This document shows, in pieces, positions 47,832-58,506 of a DNA stretch of 64,000 nt. The position numbers and the translations under genes are program-made. The number at the start of each line of letters is the position of its first letter. The stretch's first letter is position 1. This DNA is from Halorussus marinus (GTDB lineage: Archaea; Halobacteriota; Halobacteria; Halobacteriales; Haladaptataceae), in NCBI RefSeq assembly GCF_004765795.1, contig NZ_SBIV01000004.1:186001-250000 (forward strand), read 5' to 3'. Below the pieces are notes generated by a model. The model made no database searches and was not told the origin of the DNA. It saw only the letters and a program-made list of their open reading frames with translations.

Positions 47832-48077
47832 TTACCGCTGGACGACGATGTAGTCTTTGACTGCCTGCACGCGCGTGACCGGTACCTGAAAGCGGCCCCG
47901 GTCGTCGGCGTCGAACGCTACCGAGCCGGCGTCAAGCTCCTCGTCGGGCTCGACGAGGAGATCGGCGAGTTCGCCGGTCTTCAGGTCCATCGTGATGTTG
48001 TACAACATGCCGAGCTCTGTCCCGTCCGACCCCATGACTGCTTTCCCCGAGAGGTTTTCGGCGAGGATTTCGGGCAT
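47832..48077 (-). CDS. PRC-barrel protein, probably the cell-division protein CdpB2 type
   Basis: LSGKAVMGSDGTELG...VQAVKDYIVV is a PRC-barrel pattern; the position between nob1 and infB matches my recollection of the H. volcanii cdpB2 locus. Confidence 0.8.
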   Translation of the reverse strand: MPEILAENLSGKAVMGSDGTELGMLYNITMDLKTGELADLLVEPDEELDAGSVAFDADDRGRFQVPVTRVQAVKDYIVVQR

Positions 48078-48280
48078 ACCCGCCAGTTATTGAGCGCACC
48101 CACATAAACTGTTTGGGGTGCGGGCGGGGAGCGTCGCCCCGGCCAACGAGCGCCGTCGGGAGCGCAACCGCTCGATTTCCGGGGCGCGGTCGGATCGGGC
48201 GCCGAGCGGGGAGCCTCGCAAAAGTTAAATGCCGCGCCCGGTACCTTCACAGTAAGAGACCTTCTCTCCGGGTGGTATCC

Positions 48281-50083
48281 ATGTCTGACACCGACGCGCG
48301 CGAGAACGCGCAAGGACTTCGAACGCCTATCGTCGCGGTGCTGGGCCACGTCGACCACGGCAAGACTAGCCTGCTTGATAAGATTCGCGGCTCGACGGTG
48401 ATCGAGGGCGAGGCCGGCGCGATCACCCAGCACATCGGGGCGACCGCCATCCCGCTCGACGTGGTGTCGAAGGTCGCGGGGAGCCTCGTCGACCCCACCG
48501 ACTTCGACCTCCCCGGCCTGCTTTTCATCGACACGCCGGGCCACCACTCGTTTACGACCCTGCGCTCGCGGGGCGGGGCGCTGGCCGACATCGCCATCCT
48601 CGTGGTGGACGTCAACGACGGCTTCCAGCCCCAGACGCTCGAAGCGATCAACATCCTCAAGCAGTCCCAGACGCCGTTCGTGGTCGCCGCGAACAAGATC
48701 GACACGACGCCCGGGTGGAACCCGAACGAGGACACCCCCGTCCAGCAGACCTACGACGACCAGAGCGACCGGGTCCGGGGAGACCTCGACGAGAAGCTCT
48801 ACGAGATCATCGGCGAGCTCAGCGACGAGGGATTCTCGGCGGACATGTACTGGCGGGTCCAGGACTTCCGGGGCAACATCGGCGTGGTGCCGGTGAGCGC
48901 CGAGACCGGCGAGGGCGTCCCCGACCTCCTGACTGTGCTGATGGGGCTGGCCCAGCGGTATCTCAAAGAGGACATGGCGATCGACGTGACCGGCCCGGGC
49001 GCGGGCACGGTGCTCGAAGTCAAAGAGGAGAAGGGGTTCGGCACGACCCTCGACGTGGTGCTGTACGACGGCATCGTGCGCGAGGACGAGACCGTGGTGG
49101 TCGGCGGGAAGAACGAACCCATCGTGACCGACGTGCGCGCGCTACTCAAGCCGCGCCCGCTCGCCGAGATCCGGACCGAAGACCGGTTCGAGAAAGTCGA
49201 GGAGATCGCGGCCGCCGCCGGGGTGAAGATCGCCGCGCCCGAACTCGACGACGCGATGGCCGGCGCGCCGGTCCGGGTGGTCCGCGATCGGGACATCGGC
49301 GAGGTCATCGCCGAGGTCGAGGCCGAACTCTCCGAGATCGAGGTCGCCACCCAAGAGCAGGGCGTGGTCGTGAAAGCCGACACCCTCGGGAGCCTGGAGG
49401 CCATCGCCAACGCGATGGCGGAGGCCGAGATCCCGATCATGCGCGCGGAGGTCGGCGACGTCGCGCCCCGCGACATCAGCGTCGCCTCCACCGCGGCCGA
49501 GGACAAGCACAAGACCATCCTCGCGTTCAACGTCGACGTGCTGACCGACGCGGCCGAGCAGGCCGAGGAGTCGGACGTGAAGCTGTTCGAGAGCGACGTG
49601 ATCTACCGGCTCATCGAGGAGTACGAGGAGTACGTCGAGGAGCGCGAGCGCGCCCAGCAGGAGACGGTCCTCGACAACATCACCCGGCCCGCGCGCTTCC
49701 AGATCCTGCCCGATCACACGTTCCGCCAGAACGACCCCGCGGTGGTCGGCGTCGAGATCCTCTCGGGCACGATCCGGAAGAACAGCCACGTCGCGATGTT
49801 CGAGGGCAACGAGCCCACGCGCGTCGGCGAGCTCAAGGGGATCCAAGAGCAGGGCGACGACGTCGACGAGGCCCGAAGCGGCAACCGGGTCAGCGTCGCG
49901 ATCGACGGGCCGACTGTCGGTCGCCAGATCGAGGAGGGCGACGAGCTCTGGATCGAGATCCCCGAGAAACACGCCAAGATCCTCGAACAGGAGCTCTCGG
50001 AGGACATCCCGGGCGACGAACTCGAAGCGCTCCAGATGTACCTCGACAAACAGCGCAAGCGCGACCCCTTCTGGGGGAAGTGA
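48281..50083 (+). CDS. infB: Translation initiation factor aIF5B (IF-2)
   Basis: [35 protein letters not shown] and [10 protein letters not shown] motifs. Confidence 0.97.
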   Translation: MSDTDARENAQGLRTPIVAVLGHVDHGKTSLLDKIRGSTVIEGEAGAITQHIGATAIPLDVVSKVAGSLVDPTDFDLPGLLFIDTPGHHSFTTLRSRGGALADIAILVVDVNDGFQPQTLEAINILKQSQTPFVVAANKIDTTPGWNPNEDTPVQQTYDDQSDRVRGDLDEKLYEIIGELSDEGFSADMYWRVQDFRGNIGVVPVSAETGEGVPDLLTVLMGLAQRYLKEDMAIDVTGPGAGTVLEVKEEKGFGTTLDVVLYDGIVREDETVVVGGKNEPIVTDVRALLKPRPLAEIRTEDRFEKVEEIAAAAGVKIAAPELDDAMAGAPVRVVRDRDIGEVIAEVEAELSEIEVATQEQGVVVKADTLGSLEAIANAMAEAEIPIMRAEVGDVAPRDISVASTAAEDKHKTILAFNVDVLTDAAEQAEESDVKLFESDVIYRLIEEYEEYVEERERAQQETVLDNITRPARFQILPDHTFRQNDPAVVGVEILSGTIRKNSHVAMFEGNEPTRVGELKGIQEQGDDVDEARSGNRVSVAIDGPTVGRQIEEGDELWIEIPEKHAKILEQELSEDIPGDELEALQMYLDKQRKRDPFWGK

Positions 50084-50230
50084 TCGGGCCCCCGAGACCA
50101 CGTATTCCGGACTGTTTATAACCCGAATTAGTACTGGGCTGCCAGGTATTAAAAAAAATGCCATAAATCCGGTTTATTGGACTTCTGGGAACTTCTACTA
50201 CGTCTTTAAACGGTTTGAACGCCGAAAAAC

Positions 50231-50927
50231 GGTCGTGTTTAGTTAAGGCTGAAAAGTGAGGCGTGGTGATTTTATGCTGGTCTATGGCAGAAATCACACG
50301 CCTCAGTGGCTGTAGCGACTGGATCGAGTTAGATTTTGTGGAGCGAGAGCGGACACCGAGCGAGCTGATGAGCCTCGGTATTCGACTTCATTTAGCTGGA
50401 CTCTCGCTTTCGAATACCGTTAATGAACTTGAGAAGTTCGGTGTCCAACGGTCACGGAAAGCCGTTCATGATTGGGTGCAGAAAGCTAATCTACAGCCCG
50501 CCATCGACGCCAGTCCGGATCAGATTGCGGTGGACGAAACGGTGATCCGCATCGACGGCCAGCAGTACTGGCTGTACGCTGCCGTCAATCCCGACTCGAA
50601 CAAATTCCTGCACATGCGGTTGTTTTCGACGACAACAACGGCGTTGACTGAACGGTTTCTGCAGGAGTTACGCGAGAAACACGATGTTGAAGATGCGGTG
50701 TTTCTGGTTGATCACGCCCAGCATCTCAAAACAGCACTCCAGCGAGTCGGGCTCCGATTCCAGACCGTTCGGCATGGGAATCGGAATGCTGTCGAACGTG
50801 TTTTCCGAGAGATAAAACGCCGAACTTCCTCGTTTAGTAATAGTTTCAGCCATGTCGATCCAACAACAGCGGAATCGTGGCTCCAAGCCTTCGCCGTCTG
50901 GTGGAACTCGCTAAACTAAACACGATG
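50231..50927 (+). mobile_element. IS6-family insertion sequence (697 bp)
   Basis: Imperfect 17-bp terminal IRs ggtcgtgtttagttaag (50231-50247) and ctaaactaaacacgatg (50911-50927); 8-bp flanking direct repeat cgaaaaac (50223-50230 and 50928-50935). Confidence 0.92.
50284..50919 (+). CDS. IS6-family DDE transposase
   Basis: AVHDWVQK, IAVDETVI...WLYAAV, FLVD and RNAVERVFREIKRR; intact ORF whose stop lies in the right IR. Confidence 0.93.
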   Translation: MAEITRLSGCSDWIELDFVERERTPSELMSLGIRLHLAGLSLSNTVNELEKFGVQRSRKAVHDWVQKANLQPAIDASPDQIAVDETVIRIDGQQYWLYAAVNPDSNKFLHMRLFSTTTTALTERFLQELREKHDVEDAVFLVDHAQHLKTALQRVGLRFQTVRHGNRNAVERVFREIKRRTSSFSNSFSHVDPTTAESWLQAFAVWWNSLN

Positions 50928-51120
50928 CGAAAAACGGGGCCGCCATTGAAGTGCGAGCCGTGGCTCACCGCCGAACGGTCCCGCCGGTAGCCGAATGACG
51001 CTCTGAAAACACGTCGGGGGCGTTCGGTTCTCGCTCGGGCGGGGGTCGTGCTGTCGGCGCTCGCGGTCGCCGAGCCGTCGGTTTCGACTCGACCACCGAA
51101 GCGGGTGAGTCGGCGGCCGG

Positions 51121-51513
51121 CTATCGAGCCGTCGGCGTGATGTCGTCGCCCATGGCCTGCTTGACCTGGAGAGCGGCGCTCGCGGCGAGGCCGCGGGCGA
51201 CTTCGGTCTCCTCGTGGGCAACGAGGTCGTCGCCGTCGAAGTCCTCGGCGTCGGGCTGGAACCCGGCGCTGACGGGGTGGCCGACCGGCGGCTGGACCGC
51301 CACCTGGGCCTGCGGGCCGTTCCCGTCGTTCGAGACCTGCGAGCCCACGACGTACTCGTCGGGCAGGAAGTCCCGCGTTCGGGCGGCGATGGAGGCGACG
51401 CTGGTGCGAAGCGACTCCTTCTGCTCGGCCGAGAGTTCGGGGACGTCCGTGTTCGCGCGATGCCCGGCCTGCGTCACGCCGGGGCTACCCGCGTAGGGGG
51501 TGTTGCCGTTCAT
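51121..51513 (-). CDS. Conserved haloarchaeal protein (DUF5811-like)
   Basis: MNGNTPYAG...FLPDEYVVGS...PPVGHPVSAG...LAASAALQVKQAM. Confidence 0.8.
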   Translation of the reverse strand: MNGNTPYAGSPGVTQAGHRANTDVPELSAEQKESLRTSVASIAARTRDFLPDEYVVGSQVSNDGNGPQAQVAVQPPVGHPVSAGFQPDAEDFDGDDLVAHEETEVARGLAASAALQVKQAMGDDITPTAR

Positions 51514-51571
51514 CTATCTGACGACAGTCCATTAGGGCCCCACCTAATAAAACCTCTCGACCGCGGAAGAT

Positions 51572-52045
51572 TCAACAGATCGGCTCGCTCTCGCCGTAGA
51601 CGGCGAGTACGACCGCCGTCGCGTACGTTCCCGGCTCGGCGTCGGCGCTCGCGGTCTCGATCCGCTCGTCGTCGAACGTCCACTCCCGGAGGTCTCGGCC
51701 GGCTTCCAGCCCCGCCCCGACGCGCTCGCGGACGTCCTCGGGGTCGGCCTCGCCCGCGACCTCGTAGAACAGCCCCGGGCCGGGGCCGGTCGTCCAGCCG
51801 AGTCCCGCGGTGACGCCGCCGGGACCCGCCCGGGTCGCGCGGGCCTCGACCACCGTGAGTCGCTCGCCCGCGGGCCCGAGGTCCGGGGCGGTCCCGACCG
51901 CCTCGACCGCCGCGTCCGCCGGGACGACCGACGAGACGGCCACGAGGTTGTAGTTGTGGACGTTGGCGTCCGCGAGCGCGGCGTCGTAGGAAGCCATCTC
52001 GGTTGGGCCGGTGGCGGTTCCCCACACGACCCGAATCGTGCTCAT
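51572..52045 (-). CDS. pdaD: Pyruvoyl-dependent arginine decarboxylase
   Basis: SYDAALADANVHNYNLVAVSSVVP, with the Ser-Ser self-cleavage site. Confidence 0.88.
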   Translation of the reverse strand: MSTIRVVWGTATGPTEMASYDAALADANVHNYNLVAVSSVVPADAAVEAVGTAPDLGPAGERLTVVEARATRAGPGGVTAGLGWTTGPGPGLFYEVAGEADPEDVRERVGAGLEAGRDLREWTFDDERIETASADAEPGTYATAVVLAVYGESEPIC

Positions 52046-52156
52046 AGCCGGAGGGAGTCGTCGCGAGCGCTAAGGGATTGCGATTCGGGGAGCCCGTGGG
52101 GGCCGGCGTCGGGCGAACCGACGCCTACTTTCGGCCCGCACGCCAACGCCACGTCC

Positions 52157-52702
52157 ATGGCGATACGCTTCGTGACGAGCAACGAGGGGAAAGTTCGGGA
52201 GGCCCGCGAGTACCTGACCGACGAAGTCGAGCAGATCGACTACGACTACACCGAGATCCAGAGCGACGACCTCGCGGAGATCGCGGTCGCCGGCGCCCGG
52301 GAGGCCTTCGAGGCGACCGGAAGCGACGAGCCCGTCGTCGTCGACGACGCGGGCCTGTTCGTCGAGGCGCTGGGCGGATTTCCCGGGCCGTATTCGGCGT
52401 ACGTCGAGGACACCGTCGGCGTCGAGCGCGTCTGGCGGCTCGCAAAACCGGAGGACAACCGGCGGGCGCGATTCCGGGGCGTGGTGGCGTACTACGACGG
52501 CGAGCGCGCCGAGACGTTCGCGGGCGCGGTGCCCGGCCGCATCGTCGCGCCCCGCGGCGAAGGCGGGTTCGGCTACGACCCGATCTTCGAACACGAGGGC
52601 GAGACGCTGGCGGAGATGAGCACCGAACGCAAGAACGCCATCTCCCACCGCGGGCGCGCGCTGGCGAAGTTCGCCGACTGGCTGGCCGAGCGCGAGGACT
52701 GA
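52157..52702 (+). CDS. rdgB: Non-canonical purine NTP pyrophosphatase (RdgB/HAM1)
   Basis: FVTSNEGK, DDAGL..ALGGFPGPYS, GFGYDPIF and KNAISHRGRA motifs. Confidence 0.95.
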   Translation: MAIRFVTSNEGKVREAREYLTDEVEQIDYDYTEIQSDDLAEIAVAGAREAFEATGSDEPVVVDDAGLFVEALGGFPGPYSAYVEDTVGVERVWRLAKPEDNRRARFRGVVAYYDGERAETFAGAVPGRIVAPRGEGGFGYDPIFEHEGETLAEMSTERKNAISHRGRALAKFADWLAERED

Positions 52703-52819
52703 CCAGATCCGGGCGCGGCGGTCGACGCGGGCCGATTTCGAGGCGCGCTCGGCCCGGAATTGGGCCGTTACGCCGCCCGATATCCGAGTAATCGCGTGCT
52801 ACTTGGACAGCCAGCCCGT

Positions 52820-54364
52820 CTACCGCCGCCAGTACGACGGCGTGAACACGATCAGCACCGACAGTATCTCCAGCCGACCGATCCACATCAGAAACACCAT
52901 GTAGAGCTTCGCGGGAATCGAGAACGGCAGGAAGCTGTTCATCGGTCCGACGATGCCGACGCCGGGACCGATGTTGCCGAGGGTCGCGATGGTGACGCTG
53001 ATGGCTTCGAGCCCCGTGAGGTCGACGCCAGTCCGGAGCGCGTCGAGGAAGATGAGGACGGTCGAAACAGCGAAGATCGAGAAGAACGCGAGGACGAACA
53101 CGAACACGCCCCGGAGCGCCCCCTCGTCGATCACCGTCTCGGAGAGCCTGATCGGGCGGACCGCTTCGGGGTGGACCGTCGTGAACAGCTCCCGGCCGAT
53201 CGACTTGCGGATCAGGTACCACCGGACGATCTTGATCGAGCCCGCCGCCGACCCGGCCGATCCCCCGAGAAACATCGCGAGCAGGAGGACGACCTGCGCC
53301 GAGGCGTCCCACGTATTGAAGTCCATGCTCGCGTAGCCGGTGGTCGTCACCACCGCCGCGGTCTGAAAGAGGCTCTGGCGGAGCGCGTTCTCGAAGGCGC
53401 CCGGGATCGCGCCGACGTTCTCCGGTACCGATTCGAGGCCGAGTCCGCTGAACAACAACCCCCAGAGGAGCGCCCCGACGACGCCCATCGCGAACAGGTA
53501 CGATCGAAACTCGGCGTTGTCGGTGAGCCGGCGGGGCTCGCCGTTCAGAGCGTGCCAGAACAGCGCGAAGTTCGTCCCGGCGACGATCATAAAGGCGATC
53601 ATGGCCCACTGGATCGCGGCGCTGAACGCCTCCGCGCTCCGGGCTTCGGGCGAGAATCCGCCGGTGGGGAGTGTCGTCAGCGCGTGGGCGACGGCGTGGT
53701 AGAAGTCCATGTTCGGCGCGGCGCCCACGTAGCCGAGCGCGTAGTAGACCCCGATTGCGAGCACGGTGAACCCGGCGTAGATCTTCCAGAGCGCCCGGGC
53801 GGTGTCCTGAATCCGGGGTGTGAGCTTCTCGAGCGAGAGGCCCGGAGCCTCCTCTTTTATCACCTGTGCGCCACCGACCGACAGCTCCGGGAGGATAGCG
53901 ACCATGAGGACGATGATTCCCATCCCGCCGAGCCACTGGGTGAGCTGTCGCCACAGCAGTACCGACCGCGAGTGGGTCTCGAACGAGATGTCGCCGAGCA
54001 CGGTCGACCCCGTGGTGGTGAAACCGCTCATGCTCTCGAAGAGGGCGTTGACCGGGTGAGCGATCGTCCCGTCGCCCGCCACCAGATACGGGATCGTTCC
54101 CACGATCGGCACCGCCAGCCAGGTGAGCGCGACGAACAGGAACCCCTCACGACTCCCGAGTTCACGGTCCGAGCCGAGGCGTTCGAGCCCGGCACCGAGC
54201 ACGACCATCGCGGCGATAGTCACCAGAAACGGTACCGGGCTCTCGCGGTAGTAGAGGGCCGCGACCAACGGAAACAGCGGCGTCACCGCCAAGTACTTCA
54301 GAACACGTCCCAGAAGGCGTAGGGTCGCTTTGTAGTCGACGTAGACGCCGGATCGCATGCTCAT
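52820..54364 (-). CDS. trkH: Trk potassium uptake membrane protein
   Basis: FESMSGFTTTG, QWLGGMG, TGGFS, TTTGY, GNIGPG and MWIGRLE; the start is at 54364 or 54358. Confidence 0.95.
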   Translation of the reverse strand: MSMRSGVYVDYKATLRLLGRVLKYLAVTPLFPLVAALYYRESPVPFLVTIAAMVVLGAGLERLGSDRELGSREGFLFVALTWLAVPIVGTIPYLVAGDGTIAHPVNALFESMSGFTTTGSTVLGDISFETHSRSVLLWRQLTQWLGGMGIIVLMVAILPELSVGGAQVIKEEAPGLSLEKLTPRIQDTARALWKIYAGFTVLAIGVYYALGYVGAAPNMDFYHAVAHALTTLPTGGFSPEARSAEAFSAAIQWAMIAFMIVAGTNFALFWHALNGEPRRLTDNAEFRSYLFAMGVVGALLWGLLFSGLGLESVPENVGAIPGAFENALRQSLFQTAAVVTTTGYASMDFNTWDASAQVVLLLAMFLGGSAGSAAGSIKIVRWYLIRKSIGRELFTTVHPEAVRPIRLSETVIDEGALRGVFVFVLAFFSIFAVSTVLIFLDALRTGVDLTGLEAISVTIATLGNIGPGVGIVGPMNSFLPFSIPAKLYMVFLMWIGRLEILSVLIVFTPSYWRR

Positions 54365-54682
54365 ACGGAGGAATGACGCCCCAGCACTGAATAGGCGATG
54401 CCTCTCGGCTCGCCTACCCGCCCACAGTCCGAACACCGCCGACCGGACACATACGCGAACCCGCAGTTCCGACTGGAACAACACCACGGTCTCTGGCCGG
54501 CGACCGCGAGGCCCCACCGCGGGCGTCGGCGTCGAGTCGCGCCGACCCCAAGCACGTCGGCGCCCGTCGAGACGGACTGACTCCCGCGTTGGCGCGAGCG
54601 GGGTGCGAAACGCCGAGGGAACCGATTCTACTATATAAATTGTTCGGCCGTTGCACCGGTTTTTTGTTTCATTACTCTCTCT

Positions 54683-54701
54683 AACCGTTCTATAAACGGT
54701 T
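54683..54701. promoter_or_regulatory. Palindrome in the AT-rich divergent promoter region
   Basis: aaccgtt-ctata-aacggtt. Confidence 0.4.
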
Positions 54702-54831
54702 TCACCGCTTCTCGGCCAATAATGAGTCATAATCGCGGTACGTGGCGCCGATGAACGATTCGAACGCCACCCAACAGAAGGGGGTTTTTATGCTCGTATC
54801 AGCGCAAGAGGAGACCGAGAGGAAAGTCACG

Positions 54832-55032
54832 ATGGCTACACAAAACCAGGGGTTCGAGGCGATCTCGGAAACGTGCGATGAATGCGGCCGCGAGACGCCA
54901 CACGAGGTGTCCGTCCAGATTCGGACCGAGAGTCAAAAGCGCGAGAACGCGGAATTCTCCCGCGAACCGTACCGTGTCACTGAGTGTCAGGTCTGTGGCG
55001 CGTCGGCGAGCCAGCGGATGAACAACGCCTGA
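54832..55032 (+). CDS. Small Zn-ribbon (CxxCG) protein
   Basis: CDECG...H...CQVCG, 66 aa. Confidence 0.8.
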   Translation: MATQNQGFEAISETCDECGRETPHEVSVQIRTESQKRENAEFSREPYRVTECQVCGASASQRMNNA

Positions 55033-55091
55033 GAGCTTATCTCGGGGGGTGTCGTGCGTCGTGGTTCGGTGCGGCGCAGTTTTCACGCCGC

Positions 55092-55982
55092 CTACTTCGT
55101 CGTGATCTCACAGCCGTCCTCGGTCACGATGATGGTGTGTTCTTTCTGGCTGACCAGCGCGCCGTCCTCCTCTTTTAGCACCGGGTAGCCGTGGACGATG
55201 TCGTTCATCTTGAGCCGGCGCAACGCCATCTCCGCCCGCGAGACGTCGAGCCACCGGGTGGCGAACGGGAGCGTCCGGAACTCCTCGGTGATCTGTTCGA
55301 GCGCCTGGCGGGCCTGACGGTCACGGACCGACCCCTCGCGTTCGAGCGCGAAGATCTCCTCGTCGTTGCCCTCCGTCACCTTCCCGGTGCCGTCGGTTGC
55401 GAACGGCTCGATCGCGACCACGTCGCCGACTTCGAGCTCGACCCCCTGCGAGACCGCACGGTTCGGGATGTTGGGCGCGGTGTGTTGCTCGTAGTGGTCG
55501 AGGCCGTGGCCGGTGAGGTTCACCACGGGGTTGTAGCCGTAGCCGTCGATGACCGACTCGATCTCGGCGCCGATGTCGCCGGTCTCGACGCCGGGCTCGA
55601 CCATCTCGACCGCCGCCTCTAGGGCCTCCTCGCTGGCTTCGACGAGCTCGGGGGTGCCCGAGAGGTCCACCGTGATCGCGGTGTCGGCGATCCAGCCGTC
55701 GACGTGGACCCCGATGTCGAGGTTCACCATCTCCTCGCCGAACTCGGTGTCGTCGCCCGCCGCCGGGGTTGCGTGGGCCGCCTCCTCGTCGACGCTGATG
55801 TTGACCGGGAAGGCGGGCTCGCCGCCGAGTTCGCGGATGCGGTCTTCTGCGTACTGGGCGACGTCGAGTTGGGTCGCGCCGACTTCGACCCGTTCGGCGG
55901 TTTCGGCCCGCACCTGCGCGAGGATCTCGCCCGCCTCGCGGTGCTTCTCGTACTTCTCGGCCTCGAGATCTACGTGACTCAT
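55092..55982 (-). CDS. map: Methionine aminopeptidase type II
   Basis: AFPVN, AAHATP, DIGVHVDGWIADTA, NLTGHG, AIEPFAT and SQKEHT motifs. Confidence 0.96.
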   Translation of the reverse strand: MSHVDLEAEKYEKHREAGEILAQVRAETAERVEVGATQLDVAQYAEDRIRELGGEPAFPVNISVDEEAAHATPAAGDDTEFGEEMVNLDIGVHVDGWIADTAITVDLSGTPELVEASEEALEAAVEMVEPGVETGDIGAEIESVIDGYGYNPVVNLTGHGLDHYEQHTAPNIPNRAVSQGVELEVGDVVAIEPFATDGTGKVTEGNDEEIFALEREGSVRDRQARQALEQITEEFRTLPFATRWLDVSRAEMALRRLKMNDIVHGYPVLKEEDGALVSQKEHTIIVTEDGCEITTK

Positions 55983-56236
55983 GGCTGGTCGTTCGCCCGA
56001 CCGAGCAAAATGGTTTGCGTCTCGGCGCGTGTGTCCGAAAACGCGGCTCGCAGGGCGGGATCTGTGGCGACACCGCTGGCGATATTTGCGGGCGTTCACA
56101 TGTCACTAACTTATTAGGGGCCTCGTACCGGCCGCTTAATCCTCCTGTAACCCGGGTAATAGCCCGTCAACCCGCCAAACGGTGCGAAACGGTAGGCCCT
56201 GTTTATTGGCGGGTCCGGCGATATGATGGCACGCCT

Positions 56237-58447
56237 ATGCAACGAGAAACTGGCGCAGTAGTGATGGCGATGCTCCTGATGGTCGCCGGCGTCCCGCTGG
56301 CGACCGCCGGGGGGTCGTCGACGACTGACGCCGCGAGTCCGAACGGAGTTACCCTCCAAAACGCGACCGTAGATAGCCTCCAACTGGAGAACGTCACGGT
56401 CGAGAACGCGACGATCGAACAGTTGAACGTCGACACGGTCGAGGTAGAGAGTCGCGACGAGACCCTCGAAGACGCGACCCTCGAAAACGTCCGGCTCGGG
56501 GACCTCTCCTTCGAGAACGTGACGGTCGAGAGCCTCGAGACCGGCTCCGAGAGCCTCTCCCAGCAGTTGAGCGGGAACGCCTCCGTCGAGGCGGTCACCG
56601 TCTCGGAACTCACTATCGAGCAGATGAACGTCTCGGAGCTGACCGTCGACAGCCTCCGTCTCTCCAGCGGGGCCGGCGCGGAGACGGCCGAGGACACGGA
56701 CGCCGAGGCTGACGAAGGGACCACCGAGGAAGAAGCCGATGCCGCGGCTGACGAAGAGACCACCGAGGAAGACGCCGATGCCGCGGCTGACGAGGAAACG
56801 ACCGAAGCGGGCGCAGACGAAGAGACGACTGAGGCCGACGACGGCCTCGGTGCCGACGAAGAAACGACCGAAGAGGCCGACGCGCCGGAAGAGACGACCG
56901 AAGGCGCGGTCGGCGCGGACGAGGAGACGACAGAGGAGGCCGCGCTTCAGGAAGAGACCACGACCGACGAAGACGCGGCGGCCGACGAAGAAACGACTGA
57001 AGCAGACGCGGCGGCCGACGAAGAAACGACCGACGAAGACGCGCCAGAAGAGACGACCGAGGATGCTGACACGGCTGACGAGGAGACGACCGAAGAGGCA
57101 AACGCTACCGAGACCGCCGAGTCCGACCAGCAAATGGACTCCGTCGACCTCGATAGTGCGACCATCCAGACTGTGGACGTGCAGTCGATGAGCATCTCGA
57201 ATCTCGTCGTCCAGAACCTCGACACCGGCGACGTGGGGGCTGACACGGCCGGCGAGGAGGAGACGACAGAAGACGCCGAAACGACCGAGGAAGACGCCGA
57301 CGCGGCGGCCGACGAAGAGACGACTGAAGAGGCCGACGACGGACTCGGTGCTGACGAAGAAACGACCGACGAAGACGCGCCAGAAGAGACGGCCGAAGAC
57401 GCGGCCGAAACCGCTGAGGAGACGGCTGAAGCGGCCGGCGAGGAAGCCGAAGAGACCGCCGAAGACGCGGTCGGCGCGGACGAGGAGACGACCGAAGAGG
57501 CCGCACTCCAGGAAGAGACTACGACCGAGGCAGATGGGGCGGCCGACGAGGAGACGACCGAGGAAGACGCCGACGCGGCGGCTGAGGACGAAGCGACCAC
57601 CGAAGCCGATGACGGTCTCGGTGCTGACGAAGCGACCACCGAAGAAGCTGACGCGCCAGAAGAGACGGCCGAAGACGCGGCCGGCGGGGAGGACGCCGAG
57701 CAGGAAACGACCGCATCCGGCGAGACGATGATCGAGAGCGTCTCGGTCCAGAGCGTGAGCGTCGAGGACGCGACCGTCGGTAGCGCCACCAGCGACCGGT
57801 CGACGGCCGGCGACGGCGACATCACCATCCTGACGATTCAGGATCTCTCGGCGCCCTCGGAGGTCCAGACCGGTGACGACTACACCGTCGAGGCCACCGT
57901 CGTCAACAGCGGCCAGAGCCAGGCCGTCGAGCAGGTGTCCTACCGCATCGCGGGCAACGTCATCAAGTCCCAGTTGACCCAGATCCCGGCCGGCAACGCG
58001 ACCACCGTGACGTTCAACGTCTCGGAGATCTCGTTCCCCGGCGGCGAGTACACCCACGGGGTGTACACCCGCGGCACCAACCAGACGGGCACGCTGATGA
58101 TCAACGAATCCGAGCAGGCAGACGAGCAGATGAACGTCGACGAGGAGACCACGACCGAAGCGGCCGAGGAGACCACCGAGGACGGCGCTGAAGCGGAGGA
58201 GACGGCCGAAGAAGAAGCCGGCGGGGCTGAGGAGGAGACGACCGAAGAGGAAGCTGACGCGGCCGAAGAAGAAACGACCGAAGAAGACGCCGACGCCGCG
58301 GCCGACGAGGAAACGACTGAGGAAGAAGCTGACGCGGCCGACGAAGAAGAGACTACCGAGGAAGACGCCGACGCGGCGGCTGACGAGGAAACAACTGAGG
58401 GAGAAGCTGACGCGGCCGACGAAGAGACCACGACCGCAGAGGCCTGA
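56237..58447 (+). CDS. Secreted hyper-acidic repeat protein with beta-solenoid-like segments and a CARDB-like Ig domain
   Basis: Signal peptide; 5-residue periodic segments (VTLQN ATVDS LQLEN VTVEN ATIEQ); dozens of (AD)EETTE repeats; LSAPSEVQTGDDYTVEATVVNSG...GEYTHGV Ig-like domain. Confidence 0.8.
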   Translation: MQRETGAVVMAMLLMVAGVPLATAGGSSTTDAASPNGVTLQNATVDSLQLENVTVENATIEQLNVDTVEVESRDETLEDATLENVRLGDLSFENVTVESLETGSESLSQQLSGNASVEAVTVSELTIEQMNVSELTVDSLRLSSGAGAETAEDTDAEADEGTTEEEADAAADEETTEEDADAAADEETTEAGADEETTEADDGLGADEETTEEADAPEETTEGAVGADEETTEEAALQEETTTDEDAAADEETTEADAAADEETTDEDAPEETTEDADTADEETTEEANATETAESDQQMDSVDLDSATIQTVDVQSMSISNLVVQNLDTGDVGADTAGEEETTEDAETTEEDADAAADEETTEEADDGLGADEETTDEDAPEETAEDAAETAEETAEAAGEEAEETAEDAVGADEETTEEAALQEETTTEADGAADEETTEEDADAAAEDEATTEADDGLGADEATTEEADAPEETAEDAAGGEDAEQETTASGETMIESVSVQSVSVEDATVGSATSDRSTAGDGDITILTIQDLSAPSEVQTGDDYTVEATVVNSGQSQAVEQVSYRIAGNVIKSQLTQIPAGNATTVTFNVSEISFPGGEYTHGVYTRGTNQTGTLMINESEQADEQMNVDEETTTEAAEETTEDGAEAEETAEEEAGGAEEETTEEEADAAEEETTEEDADAAADEETTEEEADAADEEETTEEDADAAADEETTEGEADAADEETTTAEA

Positions 58448-58506
58448 GCCGCCACTGGACTCGCGGGCTTTTCTTTCTACGCAGTCCGACTCGCGTAGCG
58501 ACGCGG

